Below the pieces are notes generated by a model, which saw only the letters and a list, made by a program, of their open reading frames with translations, did no database searches and was not told where the DNA came from. Shown here piece by piece: positions 12,584-24,678 of a DNA stretch of 64,000 nucleotides. Each line of letters opens with the position of its first letter. Within the stretch, counting starts at the first letter, position 1. The DNA lies in contig NC_068982.1 in NCBI RefSeq assembly GCF_001194135.2, positions 27,821,941 to 27,885,940 on the forward strand, given 5' to 3'. This DNA comes from Octopus bimaculoides (lineage: Eukaryota). Position numbers and translations under genes: made by a program.

Positions 12584-14055
12584 CTACAAATAAACCGAGA
12601 ACAAATCTATGTGACATTTCATCTCTTGCAATTGATAAGATATAATAGTCATAACTAACATAAACTTAGTTTGCACTTCATAACAAAGAAAATGTCTAAA
12701 TTCAATTAGTATTTACTTCATCATCATCTAATGTCTGTTTTCCATACTGGCATGGGATGGACAGTTTGACAGGAGCTGGCAGACTGGAGAACTTCACCCA
12801 GCATCAACTGTAAGTTTTGATAGTTTCTATGGCTGAATGCCCTTCCTAACACCAACTAATTTACAGAGTGTATAAGGTGCTTTTTATGTGGCACCAGCAT
12901 GGGTGCATTTTACTTGGTGCCAACACTTCATGCTAACTATTTAATTTCATTTTAATAGTCATTGTTCATAAATGAAATAAATAAAACTGACAAATGCAAT
13001 CACTGCTCACAAATAACAATAGGTTTGTTGCAAGTTTTAACTTCCTGACTGTAATCCAACATCTTAAACACTCAACCAATCCTACTTTTTTTTTTTTCCG
13101 AGTAATTTTACAAACAATATCACATTTAAATCCAGTTATAGATATTTTCATTTAGACCTATAAGTTTTTAAAAATGTCATGACCATTATAACCACTGATA
13201 TCAAATTAAAAACCAATGTACAAAACTAATTCTATGTACATCATATACATAACATATATATATCTCTTGCCTCTGAGCTGAGTAGAATTATATCTGATAA
13301 TATATCCAAACTTCATTCAAGAATAAATTTGATTTCAAGCAACTAATTCAATTCGAAATATTAGATTTGCTTCTGCAGATGTCAAATAAATACCTTTCTC
13401 TCTCTCTCTCTCCCTCTCTCTCTCACACAAACACACACGTAAATATCTACTAGCAAGACTGCAATAAAGCTCTCTAAATAGGTACATTAAAACCATTTAG
13501 CATTCAAGTTAGTTAAGAATGATTCAGATTTCAAGTGTAACCACTATTTATTTGAAAGAATAAAAATGGACAGTAAATAAACAAATATACAAGGTTTGCA
13601 TTTTCAAAATAATTGTTACTTTTTAATTTACAATAGAGAGAAAAAATTGTTTTTAGATTATTTTAAATAAATTTCATTGATTTGACTGAAGTTGTCAACT
13701 CAACCATGGATTGATTATTACAATTCTCTCTCTTTTGCATACTCTACAACTGAAAGATAACTGTTGTGCTTTTACCATTATAGAAATACCTTTTCCACAT
13801 AAGTCAACTCAATAGAAATATATTTTCCACATAGGTCAACTCAATTTACAAACTTAACTCCTCAATTCCTTATTAGAGTGAACCCTTCCAATATACTCAC
13901 AGAAGCTGCTTCAAACTTTAAACCAATTAGTAATCACCAAGGGAAAAGATGTACAGATTACTGTGGCCCATTGCTACTGGCAATCAGATTTACAGAATGC
14001 CATTTTCCAAATCTAAGAAAATATACTCTTAGCATCATGTAACAAAAAAGAATAA

Positions 14056-14285
14056 TGGTTTCTAATTTAGGTACAAAGCCCACCATTTTGAAGGGAAGAG
14101 GATATCATCAATCACAGTATTTGACTGTTACTTTTATTCCTCAACCCCAGTATATGACTGGCACTTTATTATATTAACTCCAGAGTATTGAAAAAGCTTA
14201 TCTAGGCAGGATTTGAATTCAGAATGTAAAGATCCAGAACAAATATTGCAAGACATTTTTTCCAATTCTCTAATGGTACTGCCAA
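14056..14285 (-). mobile_element. tRNA-derived SINE, family D (also ~20464-20670, 31973-32180, 32390-32608, partial 25880-25990 on -; ~38610-38750 and 63700-63790 on +)
   Basis: Shared block tggtt..aatttt.gcacaaggccagc...gaaaggcaaagtcaacct...ggaatttgaactcagaatgtaaag, the reverse complement of a B-box-bearing head plus central domain. Confidence 0.8.
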
Positions 14286-15659
14286 ATAATAAAAATACAA
14301 GATGGCTAAATAAAGCATGGGCATTTACTAATTAAATGCACACAAAAATATCCATTTTATCAATGTCAGATATGGTTTAAATCATTGCATCCAATTATTA
14401 GGTGCGTGGTAACATTAAGAGGCTTAAGAGACTAGAATCTTCCTAACCATTAACACTCCAAATAAGATTAATCCTAGCAATCACATCATACCAGAAGAGA
14501 AAAATATAATTCAAAATATTTCAACAAAAGCATAATTTTTGGTTTAGACATTCTTCAATTAAAAGACTGGTGCTAGTGTGCTAAAAACCAAATAAAGTGC
14601 TAGCTTTATGCAATGTGAGCATAATTATTTTTGCAAAATTAGTTTTCCAATCAGTTAGAAACTGACATTTTCATTTTGCTTCATTCATCACATCTTCCTG
14701 GAGAAAATCTCAGTAATTTAGTTAGGTAAATGTGAATGTAGGAGAAATAAGGTGGTAAAAGTAGAACTTAAATAAACCAGCAGGATGAAAGGGAAAAGTT
14801 GAAAACAGAATAGAAACAAAATATTCAGAAGTAGGGGAAGAATGGAATTGGACAGATTTTTTTCTATTCTCATTTTTATACAATAAACTATAGCTATTTA
14901 TTATTTTCTTACTTTTTTTTTTTGCCAAGTTATATAAAATTGATAATTCTCACATCAATAAATTGCAGCAGCTGAATTTGATAACTACTTTAAATCTATT
15001 CACTATAGAAAGTGTAAGAGTAGGCAATGAATATAGTTTAGGAAATTAGAACCTAATTACCTATTCAAATCCATTTCTAAGAGTGATTGAATAACTAAAC
15101 AATGTGTAAGAACTATAACTGAACCAGTTTTTCTACAAAAAGCATATCATATCTAGTGCAGAAAATGTTTAAGAGCAAGATTTTGTGGTAAATTACTAAA
15201 ACTTAAAAAAATATACCCTATGTTAATAGAGGAATAAAAAGAAAAATTATAATCCATACAATATACAGCTAATATTACATGGTCTAATATAAAAATGGCC
15301 ATACATTGTATTCTTTGCACACCTATATTTATATCTGTACCCTTTTTTCTGTATCTGGACAAAAATCTCAATCTTTTAGAAACAGAATTCTTTTGCAAAT
15401 TTCAGACCTATCTTTATAGAGAAATAATGTTTTAAAATTAAATCTATTCAATAAGATTTTCCATTTAAATACTATTTGCCAACAATCTGCTTCCTCAAAT
15501 GAATTTAGACCAGATTTGAAAAAATTACTTTCATTAACTGACTTTGGTGATGAGAAGAATGTAAACATTTTTCAATTTTCAAAATTATTAAACAAAAGTA
15601 ATGAGTGCTTTTATCATGCTAATATGGACTGGCCAGTTTGATAGTGATGAAACACAAGA

Positions 15660-16120
15660 CCACAGTGTACTGGATGCTTTTATTCATGGTACCATCACTA
15701 GTGAGGTTGCCTTGTAACTTGCAAAGCTAAAGAGCCCCAGTGACTGAAAGGAAATTAGGTAAGATATGAAAGGGAAAGATTTTGTGTTGAGACGGTAGAG
15801 AAAGCAGTGGAAAGGGCAGTGGAATGGAGAAGGGAGTAATATCAAGGCTTAGTGAAAATGAGAGAAAAGTACTAAAGATGATGGAATTCAGTGCTATCTC
15901 AAGATATAAAGGTGAATATGAGGGAAAGAGAACATAGAAAAGAGAAAAAGGTGAGGGTGGCAAGAATCCAGAGAGGCTGTGGGGAGAGGGTCACTGAAAG
16001 AAAGAAAGGCATGAGGGGGTTGTGGAGGAGGGCTAAAGAGGGAAAGGTGAGATGTTGAGGTGGTGGATAAGTTGTGGGGAGAGGACAATGAGAGAAAGAG
16101 AGGCAGGGGAAGGCATGTGC
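15660..16120 (-). mobile_element. Probable RTE 3' UTR fragment (purine-rich on +)
   Basis: Composition and flanking motif (ggatgctttt..catggtacc) resemble 51000-51540. Confidence 0.45.
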
Positions 16121-16269
16121 ACACACACAATATATAATAATAATAATAATGAAATTATTGTATGCAGTGCTCAGGTGCACTACAACTTGTCAAAAGTGCA
16201 TATAAAGCATATGCAGTATTGTACAAATGCCTGGAAAGTGAACAGTGTACGAGTCAGATACATGCTTGC

Positions 16270-17669
16270 GTGTGTATGGAGGGGAGAAAATCAGGTGTAG
16301 TTTTGGTGAATCTCAGGAAGCACGGAAGTTTTGAAGGATGCAGTGCTCCAACAACTAACAACTGATGCCGACAGTTTGTTCCATACTTCAGCAACTCTTA
16401 GCGTGAAAAAGTGTTTCTGAAAGTCATGGGAGCTGAGCTGTTTTCTGACTTTGTAAACATGTCCATGGGTGTTAGACAGGTGGAATTTGAAAAGGTGCTC
16501 AGAGTTATTGCTAGTAAGATGGTTAATAATTTTATGGGCGTCTGCCAAATCAGCTGCCAGACATCAGAGTTTCAATGTATCCATGCACAGGGAAGTAAGG
16601 TGTTCAGAATATGGCAAATGCCCGATGGAGGGTACTCTCTTGGTTGCATGTCGCTGAACGGTTTCCAGACGATTAATATCCTGGGCAAGATAGGGGTTCA
16701 AGACCAGAGACGCAAATTCCAAGTGAGGCTGCACCATAGCTATATAAAGCCTCAGATAGATAGCCAGAGAGCAGCTCACAAAGGACTTGGTAAGTGATGC
16801 CAAGACACCCTCAGCCTTCTTGGCAATTTTAGCAATGTGTTTTGTCCAACACAAATCGCTGTCGACAATAATACCCAGGTCACATTCACAAGAAGACTTT
16901 TTGAGATTAGTGCTGTGGAGGGAGTAAGTAGACGCTGGGTTTTTCCTCCCAAAATGCATGGTGGTACATTTGTCCACAGCCAGCTTGAGTTTCTAGTCCA
17001 TGATCTTTTGCTGGATCGTGTCTAGGTCTGATTGCAATAAAGATCTATAGTGTACAGACAAGATCTGTCCTTTTTATTTCGAGGTACAGCTTGATGTCAT
17101 CTACATATTTCAGCACTGTGGCATTCCTTTAAGTTGGCATCTATGTCATTAATATATGCAACAAATAAAAGGGGGCCAAGAACAGATCCCTGTGGCACAC
17201 CAGATGTCATCTCATAGGATGAAGAGTGCTGTCCTAGAACTGTGACAACCTCTTTCTGGCCGATAATGAAGGGCTTCAACCAGTTATAGAGATCATCTCT
17301 TACACCCATTGCAGAGAGTTTCACCATAAGTCTTTTGCGTGGCACAGAATCAAAAGCCTTAGCAAAGTCAAGGAAAACAACATCCACCCAGGAGCCGCCA
17401 CCAGTGATTCGGGTACTGTCCTGAAGAAACTCAATGAGTTGATTACAGCAGCCGGAGTTAGGAACAAATCCAAATTGTGATAGCTGGATGAGGCTGTGAG
17501 ACTTCCAGAAGTTCCAAAGGGTTTCTCTGACACAGGATTCCATCAGTTTGGCGATGCAGCTAGTAAGACTGACGGGGCGATAGTTGACAGGCGATGTGCG
17601 GTCAACCTTATTTGAACAGAGGGATAACACTGGCAGTTTTCCACTGCTCCGGAGTAACACCATTGTCAT
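16270..17669 (-). mobile_element. CR1/L2-group LINE, 5'-truncated reverse-transcriptase fragment (pseudogenised)
   Basis: ORF pieces carry NYRPVSLTSCIAKLMES, QFGF, VDVVFLDFAKAFDSVP, SGVPQGSVLGPLLF..YINDI, then PHLEFA..V.NPY, LETVQRHATK and FFTLRVAEVWNKL. Split by frameshifts. Confidence 0.95.
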
Positions 17670-18268
17670 GACAGAATTGAAAGAATAGTGAAAGCTGGTT
17701 CACATTGTAGTTCACTGAATGACTTTTTGTCTTTTAAATAACTGATTTAGAAAATGGCTTAAGTTTAGTTTTAGACCAATAACAGATTTATCAAAATCAT
17801 ACCCATTGAAAATATTTCTAGTCTTGTAAATTTGGAGAATATATATCATCTTATAGCCTCCATCCAAATTTACAAGGCCAGCATGTGGATACAGTACAAT
17901 ACAATTTACCAAAATTAAAGTTTTAAGAATACAATATTGCAATCATTTTCAGATCTTTTAAATTATCATTAAAACACTATCAGAAATTATTGATAAAAAC
18001 CACACACACACAAAAACAAAACAAACCAAAAACATGCAAACATTTAAAACATGCTAAACACAACAGTCTTACAAATTAGATGAACATAAGAATCTTTGTT
18101 ATTTGAAAAAGTAGAGGAAAAGTATGAATTAATATGTGAACTCACTTCTATATATGTGTATGTATGTATGTAAGTGAATGAATGAGCTTACATTTAGTTA
18201 AACTCAGTGAAATAAATAAAAAGAACAAACAAAAACTAAAGTCAACAACAAAAATATTTAGTACTTAC

Positions 18269-18290
18269 ATGCTGCATCATCAACAGACAT
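18269..18290 (-). CDS. IQGAP: IQGAP 22-nt micro-exon (MSVDDAA + first base of Leu)
   Basis: Very long U tract then ttttag|ATG TCT GTT GAT GAT GCA GCA T|gtaagt. Supplies the conserved xSVD(E/D)AAL residues missing between the flanking exons and converts phase 0 to the phase 1 needed by the next exon. Confidence 0.93.
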
Positions 18291-20190
18291 CTAAAACAAA
18301 AAGTAAAAAAAAAAAAAACTTTAGTAGACTTGTCATAGATCTTTAATAATTATTGATAGGGTTCAAAAGTGCATATGTAAGTAAACATGCAAGTCACATT
18401 TATCATAGCTCATTTTAGCTTTATTATTATCTTCTGCTATGTATGACACACATTTTTGCATGCATGCAAACAGAATTTAAAATAAGAATTTCACCCTGAC
18501 ATGTCATAATGACTTGGAAACTAGTAACAATCTTATCTAATTAATATTAGATAACAACATTTTAGAAATATTGCTTCCTTATTGATTTATACAAAACAGT
18601 GTTGAACAGAATCCTTATGAAAACCTGCAGAAACATTTTAACCAGTCTACAGAAAGATAATTCTGGGCATGTTAACTTAGAATTTTTCTTCCCCTCTTCC
18701 ACCTCATACCACAAATATTGATTTATTTCTTGGCTAGAAAGAAACTTTCTTGGAGGGCTGGTAGTTAGTGCTATTTGTGTTATGAACAAGCAGGAGCAGA
18801 AAACTGAAAGGTGCAGAAATAATTTATTTCTAAATTGCACCGAGAGAAAAAAATAGCACGATCAGTTACAGACTTCTTGACGGTGTAATTAATAGTTTAC
18901 AGCTTTTCTGATGGGGTGAGTGACAAGAGATTGTCTAACTAAGCAGAACAAATATCACACATTTTTATTCAAAAACATCAGTTTACTGATTTCATTAGCC
19001 AATAGATACATACACAAGTTTCATCAAAATTTTCATATACCAAATACCAGTATAGTATTAACCCAAGTTCACTCAGCTGTAGAAATGGGTTGTGATGTCA
19101 CTAGTACCTAGCTGAATTGTCCTTAGACAACATCAGTGGCATGGTATGCATGGGCAACTGCTGGTCATTCACAAAAAACTTTGCCTGGACTTGTACCTTG
19201 GAGGGGAACTTTCTAGGTGCAATCTCCTGGTCATTCGTGACTGTTAACCCAGTGATATGAGAGAAGATTTTTGATCAAGATGTTGCATGGTGGGATTGAA
19301 CCTAGAACCAAATGTCTGATTGCAAAGAAAGCTTCTTGACAATCAGACTTATTTCCTTGACCAAAATATGATATTAACAGAGGTATGAGACATCAAACGA
19401 CATAGATGTTTCAAGTACAACAATTAAAAGGTCATAAAACTAAGAGGTAAAATATGGTCAACCCTATTTATACTTCTTGAAAATGAAAACGACTTAAAGT
19501 TCTTATTTCTAATACACCTGATGTAGTGATAAGAAAAAAAAAAAAAGTAAATAAGAAAAGACCCAAAACTCTGATCTGAATGAATGAATCTAGTCTGCAA
19601 CAAACTGAAGATAAAATTTTTATCATCTCAAGTAAACTGCTTATCTTAGATATTTTATTCAATACAAACAAACTTTTACTAAATCTATAAATTTTCAATA
19701 AGGTAAAAAGTAAAGAAATCTTTTGAGTCACAATTTGATTTATTTTGTTTTTCTTTTTTCCAAGTGATTCACACATTTATTGAGCTCCACCTGCCTCGAA
19801 GACAGTGAAAGGAAATATTCTAAACATTTTACCATAAAAATTTGAACTTTAAGCCTTAGAAAAATTCACTGATTGAAAATAAACTCCAAAATAATCATCT
19901 GTGTGTGGTAAATAAAGAGAATTTATATTGAGACATTATTAGTTTAAACATAAGAAAAATTTGAAGAATTGTGCTTCAGAGAAATCCCACCTCAAATATA
20001 TATTGAAAGATATGACACTGATTCAACAAACCATTTCTATTTATACTGCATTAAAATAAAGTTACAAGGATTAATGCTTGTGTCAGCATTTGAACTTGAA
20101 CTATTTAAGTAAATCTCAGAAATTAATATTTGATATCACTTTAACTATTTGTTATGCAAAACCTTATAAAAGTGATACAAATTTACTCAC

Positions 20191-20282
20191 CTCATTAGCT
20201 AAAATTCCACCAATTTTACCAAAAGATGGCATTTGAATTCCATATTTCTCCAGCTCTTTTCTCATGTTACTAATCTCCTCCT
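20191..20282 (-). CDS. IQGAP: IQGAP exon, 92 nt (EEEISNMRKELEKYGIQMPSFGKIGGILANE)
   Basis: Acceptor gtttgttcttgcag|AG GAG; donor AAT GAG|gtgagt. Phase 1 in, phase 0 out. Confidence 0.96.
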
Positions 20283-21839
20283 CTGCAAGAACAAACACAA
20301 AATATTTTTAATGTTTAATGAAATGTTAATTCTAACCACTTTCAGAAATCTAAGGGAGTTGATAGATTTTAACAAGTTTGACTAATGTATATTGTCTCTT
20401 CATTACTTAAAACTGCTTAAAAGGTATTGCTGTATACTTTTCTGAACTCACAATTATAATAAAATGGTTTAAATTTTTGGCACAAAGCCAGCGATTTTAA
20501 GGAAGTGGGTAAGTTAATTACATCAATCCCAATGTTCAACTAGTACTGATTTTATTGACCTTAAAAGAATGAAAGGCAAAGTCAACTTTAGCAGAATTTG
20601 AACCCAGAATGTAATGAGCCAGAAGAAATACAACAAAGAATTTTGTCTGACTTGCTAATGATTCTACAATTATAAATACTAAAAATTTAATAAAATAGCT
20701 AACAAATTTAAGTACTTAATTATAATCATTATGAAATGAATAGGACTCATAAAATATGGTGTTAGCCAATTAACTAAAGAGTGAGTTTCTCACTGACCCT
20801 TCACATTGTGTCCTATACAAGTATTGAACTAACTGAAATTAGCAAATATATAACTGACATTTTCTAAGTGATTCCATTTTTCTAATAAAAAAAAAAAAAA
20901 ATAGCAGTGAAAAGAAATTTAGTAGATTTAGCAATGATAAATAACATTTAAAGCTACCAGTTTTCAATAGATATATGTACTTTAAGGCCATCTACTTCTT
21001 ATTCACTAGAGCCACAGTTAGATTGCAGTTTTCATTTGTTCAACCTAATACAGTAAAATGAAGAGGTTTCATATTTTTTTTTTTTCAATCTAAATGCACT
21101 AACTTAGATCTCTAAGTTAATCCTTATGAACTCTTAATCCCATATCCTTTCTTCATTAAGTCATCCTTCAAATGAAATGATTATATATATGCAATCTAAG
21201 TGTTTCTTAGATGAATTGTTCCCTTCATGGTACAATTGAAATTATAAAAGCCTTCTGACTATGAGTGGTGGTCTATACTAGTTTTCTCAAACATTTAGCA
21301 TATTAATATTGTTTTTCATCTAACTATATAAGCTATAAAGAGGGAACAACAATGCAATGTCCTCTATCAAATAACACTTAAACACTGAGCCTCCATTCCA
21401 GTCTGTGAATGTAAATTTATAGCTGAAACAATTATTTAAAAAATGAAAAAAAAATTTCCCAGAAACCATACATTTTTACAATTATTTCAATAAGCTGAAA
21501 GTAACTGTTGATGAAGATTAATGTTTAATTTAATAAAGATTAATTAAGACATTGTAAAATCATTTAAATCTTTTCTATCTTTCATAATATTCTAATTTAC
21601 AGATCAAATTATCGATGTTTTACTTCTTGGAAATAGTCTTACTATTTCTAAAGACGAACAGCCAATATATGCTTTCATTTTGATGCAGATTATCTTATTT
21701 TTCTTTTATGGAACTGCTTCCACCCCCCCCCCCTGATAATTATAAACATTTTGTGTGCTAAACTAAGGAATTATTTAACTAATAACACTTTCTATTGAGT
21801 AAATGCAAGCTACCTGGAATCTGAATATCACAAATAAGC

Positions 21840-21881
<42 letters not shown>

Positions 21882-22049
21882 CTACAAATTTTGAGAAATA
21901 TTAAAGAAAAAGCTGAGGAAGTATAGATGAGATAAAAAGAGTGAAATGAAACTTGTGAAGGATTATAAAATTATAAATTGGTAATAATGAGAGGCATGTT
22001 TTTTGCCTCCACCCCATCCTATAGTAGTATTAATTATCTGGGTCTACAT

Positions 22050-22410
22050 CACGGTATCACATCACATTCATGAGATCCAGTATCTTGAATCCATCCATCT
22101 CTACCTACTACTCCTGGGAGGATTGTGGAGGTCAAGTCTTTGAGCATCTCCTTCATAAGGTCCTATCAGAAGCAACAGTCAGACTGCCCAGCTGGATTCC
22201 AGAGCATGACCAATTAAGACCAACCATCTTGTTCTTGGTCTACTCCTGGGTCTACCACCAATTGGCTAGGCTTGAAGAATTCGTTTTGCAAGACTTTCCT
22301 GCAACATTCTAATCTCATAACTGTAATAACCAGAGCTGTGACCTCTCAATACAGAGAAGTAGTGGCTTGACCTCGGGAGAATCTGTGATCTCCAAGCTAT
22401 GCAGCCTATC
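22050..22410 (-). mobile_element. RTE/BovB-like LINE 3' fragment
   Basis: Minus-strand remnant KRILQA..GGRPRSRPRTRW; homologous to 23985-24227 (+) and 23700-23875 (-). Confidence 0.65.
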
Positions 22411-22747
22411 AAATAATAATACTACAGAAATCCTTCAGCAGAACCCCATTTCAGCCACTTGTCTTCACAAGCACATCCTTTCAGTCATTACTTACTATTC
22501 ATGACCATATACGAGGAAATTAGACTTTATTTCTTCCTACATCACTTGATACATTTAACCATCTCAATAAACTGCATTTTTGTCATTGCACAGCATTTCC
22601 ATAATTCACAATAATCCCATAATTGTAAGATATTCCCATAATTCACTAATTTCAATAGATTTTACACTTATATAGTTATATTTACAATTCTTGTTTCAAT
22701 AAATTTGAAATGAGTACCATGGATGATATTTGTAAAGAAATACTTAC

Positions 22748-22815
22748 CTGTGAAATTAATTTTCCCATACAAATCTTGTATCTGAGGAGCAAGTCCAAGC
22801 TTAAATAAATATAAA
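22748..22815 (-). CDS. IQGAP: IQGAP exon, 68 nt (LYLFKLGLAPQIQDLYGKINFT)
   Basis: Acceptor tttctttccag|T TTA; donor ACA G|gtaagt. Phase 2 in, phase 1 out. Confidence 0.97.
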
Positions 22816-23984
22816 CTGGAAAGAAAGAAAAGAAACATGTAAATAGGTAATGTGTACACACACACAGAGTAAGGTGGTTAATGTTAAAGAGGACATCCAA
22901 CTATAGAAACTATGCCAAAGCAGACACTGGGGCTTAGTGCAGTCCTCTGACTTGTTAGTTTCTGCAAGCCATCCAACCCATGCCATCATGGAAATCAGAT
23001 GCTAAATGTTGATATACATACACATACAGTGCAATGTATTCATATGTATACATTTTGACACTCACTAAACATATATATGTAGCATATGCATGTACACATG
23101 CTATATAAACACACACATACACTATACACTCACAGACATACCCTGTGTGAATGTGTACACACACGCACACACACACATACAATTTGCATACAAAGCCTGA
23201 TTGTTAATATTCCAAGTTTGCCACATGATATGCCTTTGCTCAATTTTAAAATGAAACAATTGTTCTTTTTATTAAGAGAACAGACCACAAGATTAGTTGA
23301 GTGAACCAATCTTTTAAGTGGGAGTTTGTGATTGTAATTGTGCATGCACAAGTGGGTACAATCACACATGGATATACTGGCATCAGAGAGATTTCAAACT
23401 CTTAATTACTGACCAGTTATCCTCACACTTTTATGCATGGCTTTGAAAACTAGGCTGATTTTATATGAATTGTGGCTACACATATAACAAGATCTAGCTC
23501 CTAATGAATAAATTATTCTAAACTGCAAGTGGTACTTATTAGTTTTATTGATCTGAGGAATACTTTATTACAAGGCACAGGTGATGTAATGTGATGTGAT
23601 GTGAACAGAAAGAAGGTAGGAAAGAAAAAAAGAAAGGAAGAATGCATGCCAGTTGTAAATTTCGAAGTTCCAGCTATGTAGGCAAGTCAGACATTTCTTC
23701 CAGTCACCTAAATGAGGTGAAAATGTAGTAATCATGCTAAAATTTCCATCTATCCTGCTATCATCTCTGCCCACTATCCCTGAGAGGGACTGGAGTAGAG
23801 TCCTCAGGCACTTCCTCCATAAGGTCCTATCAGAAGCAATTGTCGTTAGGCTTTCCACATGGATTCCCAAGCATGCCTATCTTCACTTATGGTTATGAAT
23901 GTTGGATAATTACAAAAAATAAGCTCACAAATATATAAGTGGCTGAAACGGGGTTCCTGAAAATGATCTCCAAGATACAGGGTT

Positions 23985-24227
23985 TGTATCTTGGAGATCA
24001 GAGAATCTCACCAGATTAAGCTACTACCTCTCTACATTAAGGTTACTGTTCCAGTACCATGGACAAAAGATTAGAACGTTGCAGGAAAGATTCATTGAGC
24101 AGATTCTTCAAGCCAACTGGCAGGAGCCCTAAGGGTAAACCAAGAACAAGATGATTGGATAATATCCATAGTATCAATTGGTCATGCTTGGGAATCCAAC
24201 TGGAAAGTCTAATGACAGTTGCTAACA
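23985..24227 (+). mobile_element. RTE/BovB-like LINE 3' fragment, opposite orientation
   Basis: QILQANWQEP.GKPRTRW-like remnant; aligns by eye with the reverse complement of 22160-22410. Confidence 0.6.
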
Positions 24228-24678
24228 AATGCTAAAATGTTACAAAAATTGTCTATCAGAGTATTTTCCTGAATACTCTTCTGCACATGACTAAATGCTA
24301 CAACACCTAAAAGTACCACATCAACCAACAGAAAACTTCCAAACAGCAATGCATTTGCAAAATCTTACAAAAAATAATGAATAGGTTGGATGAGTCTGCT
24401 ACTAAATGAGTAGCATTATTAAAAGGTGTCACGTAAAATGACTGTATAAATCATTCTAGAATTCCAAAGTAGCTCTGTTCTACAAAAATAAAAAATAAAA
24501 AATAAAATAAAACAAAAAACATTGTTTCAAAATGCTAAGATAATTTAAAAACAATCAAGCTGTTATACTGAAAAATTGTTAACTCCTCCAGTTAAGAGAA
24601 GAAAGCCCTTGAAAGAGTCTTCTGGAGGTCTGTGTATTTCAGTGACAATGCATTTACAACTGTGTCTGAGTTCTTATC

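Noticed and set aside
14492-14697. Minus-strand pseudo-exon with CTAAC branch point, ttttctccag acceptor and CTG|gtatga donor (would create an immediate stop)
   Set aside because: Pseudo-exons are abundant in long introns and nothing else supports poison-exon use.
18562-18840. 92-aa minus-strand ORF near the micro-exon
   Set aside because: No similarity to IQGAP or any family I recognise; no phase-compatible splice pair.
19468-19776. 102-aa minus-strand ORF and a second acceptor near 19517 (cag|GTG TAT TAG)
   Set aside because: Low-complexity F/L/K-rich translation; the acceptor gives an immediate stop and has no further support.
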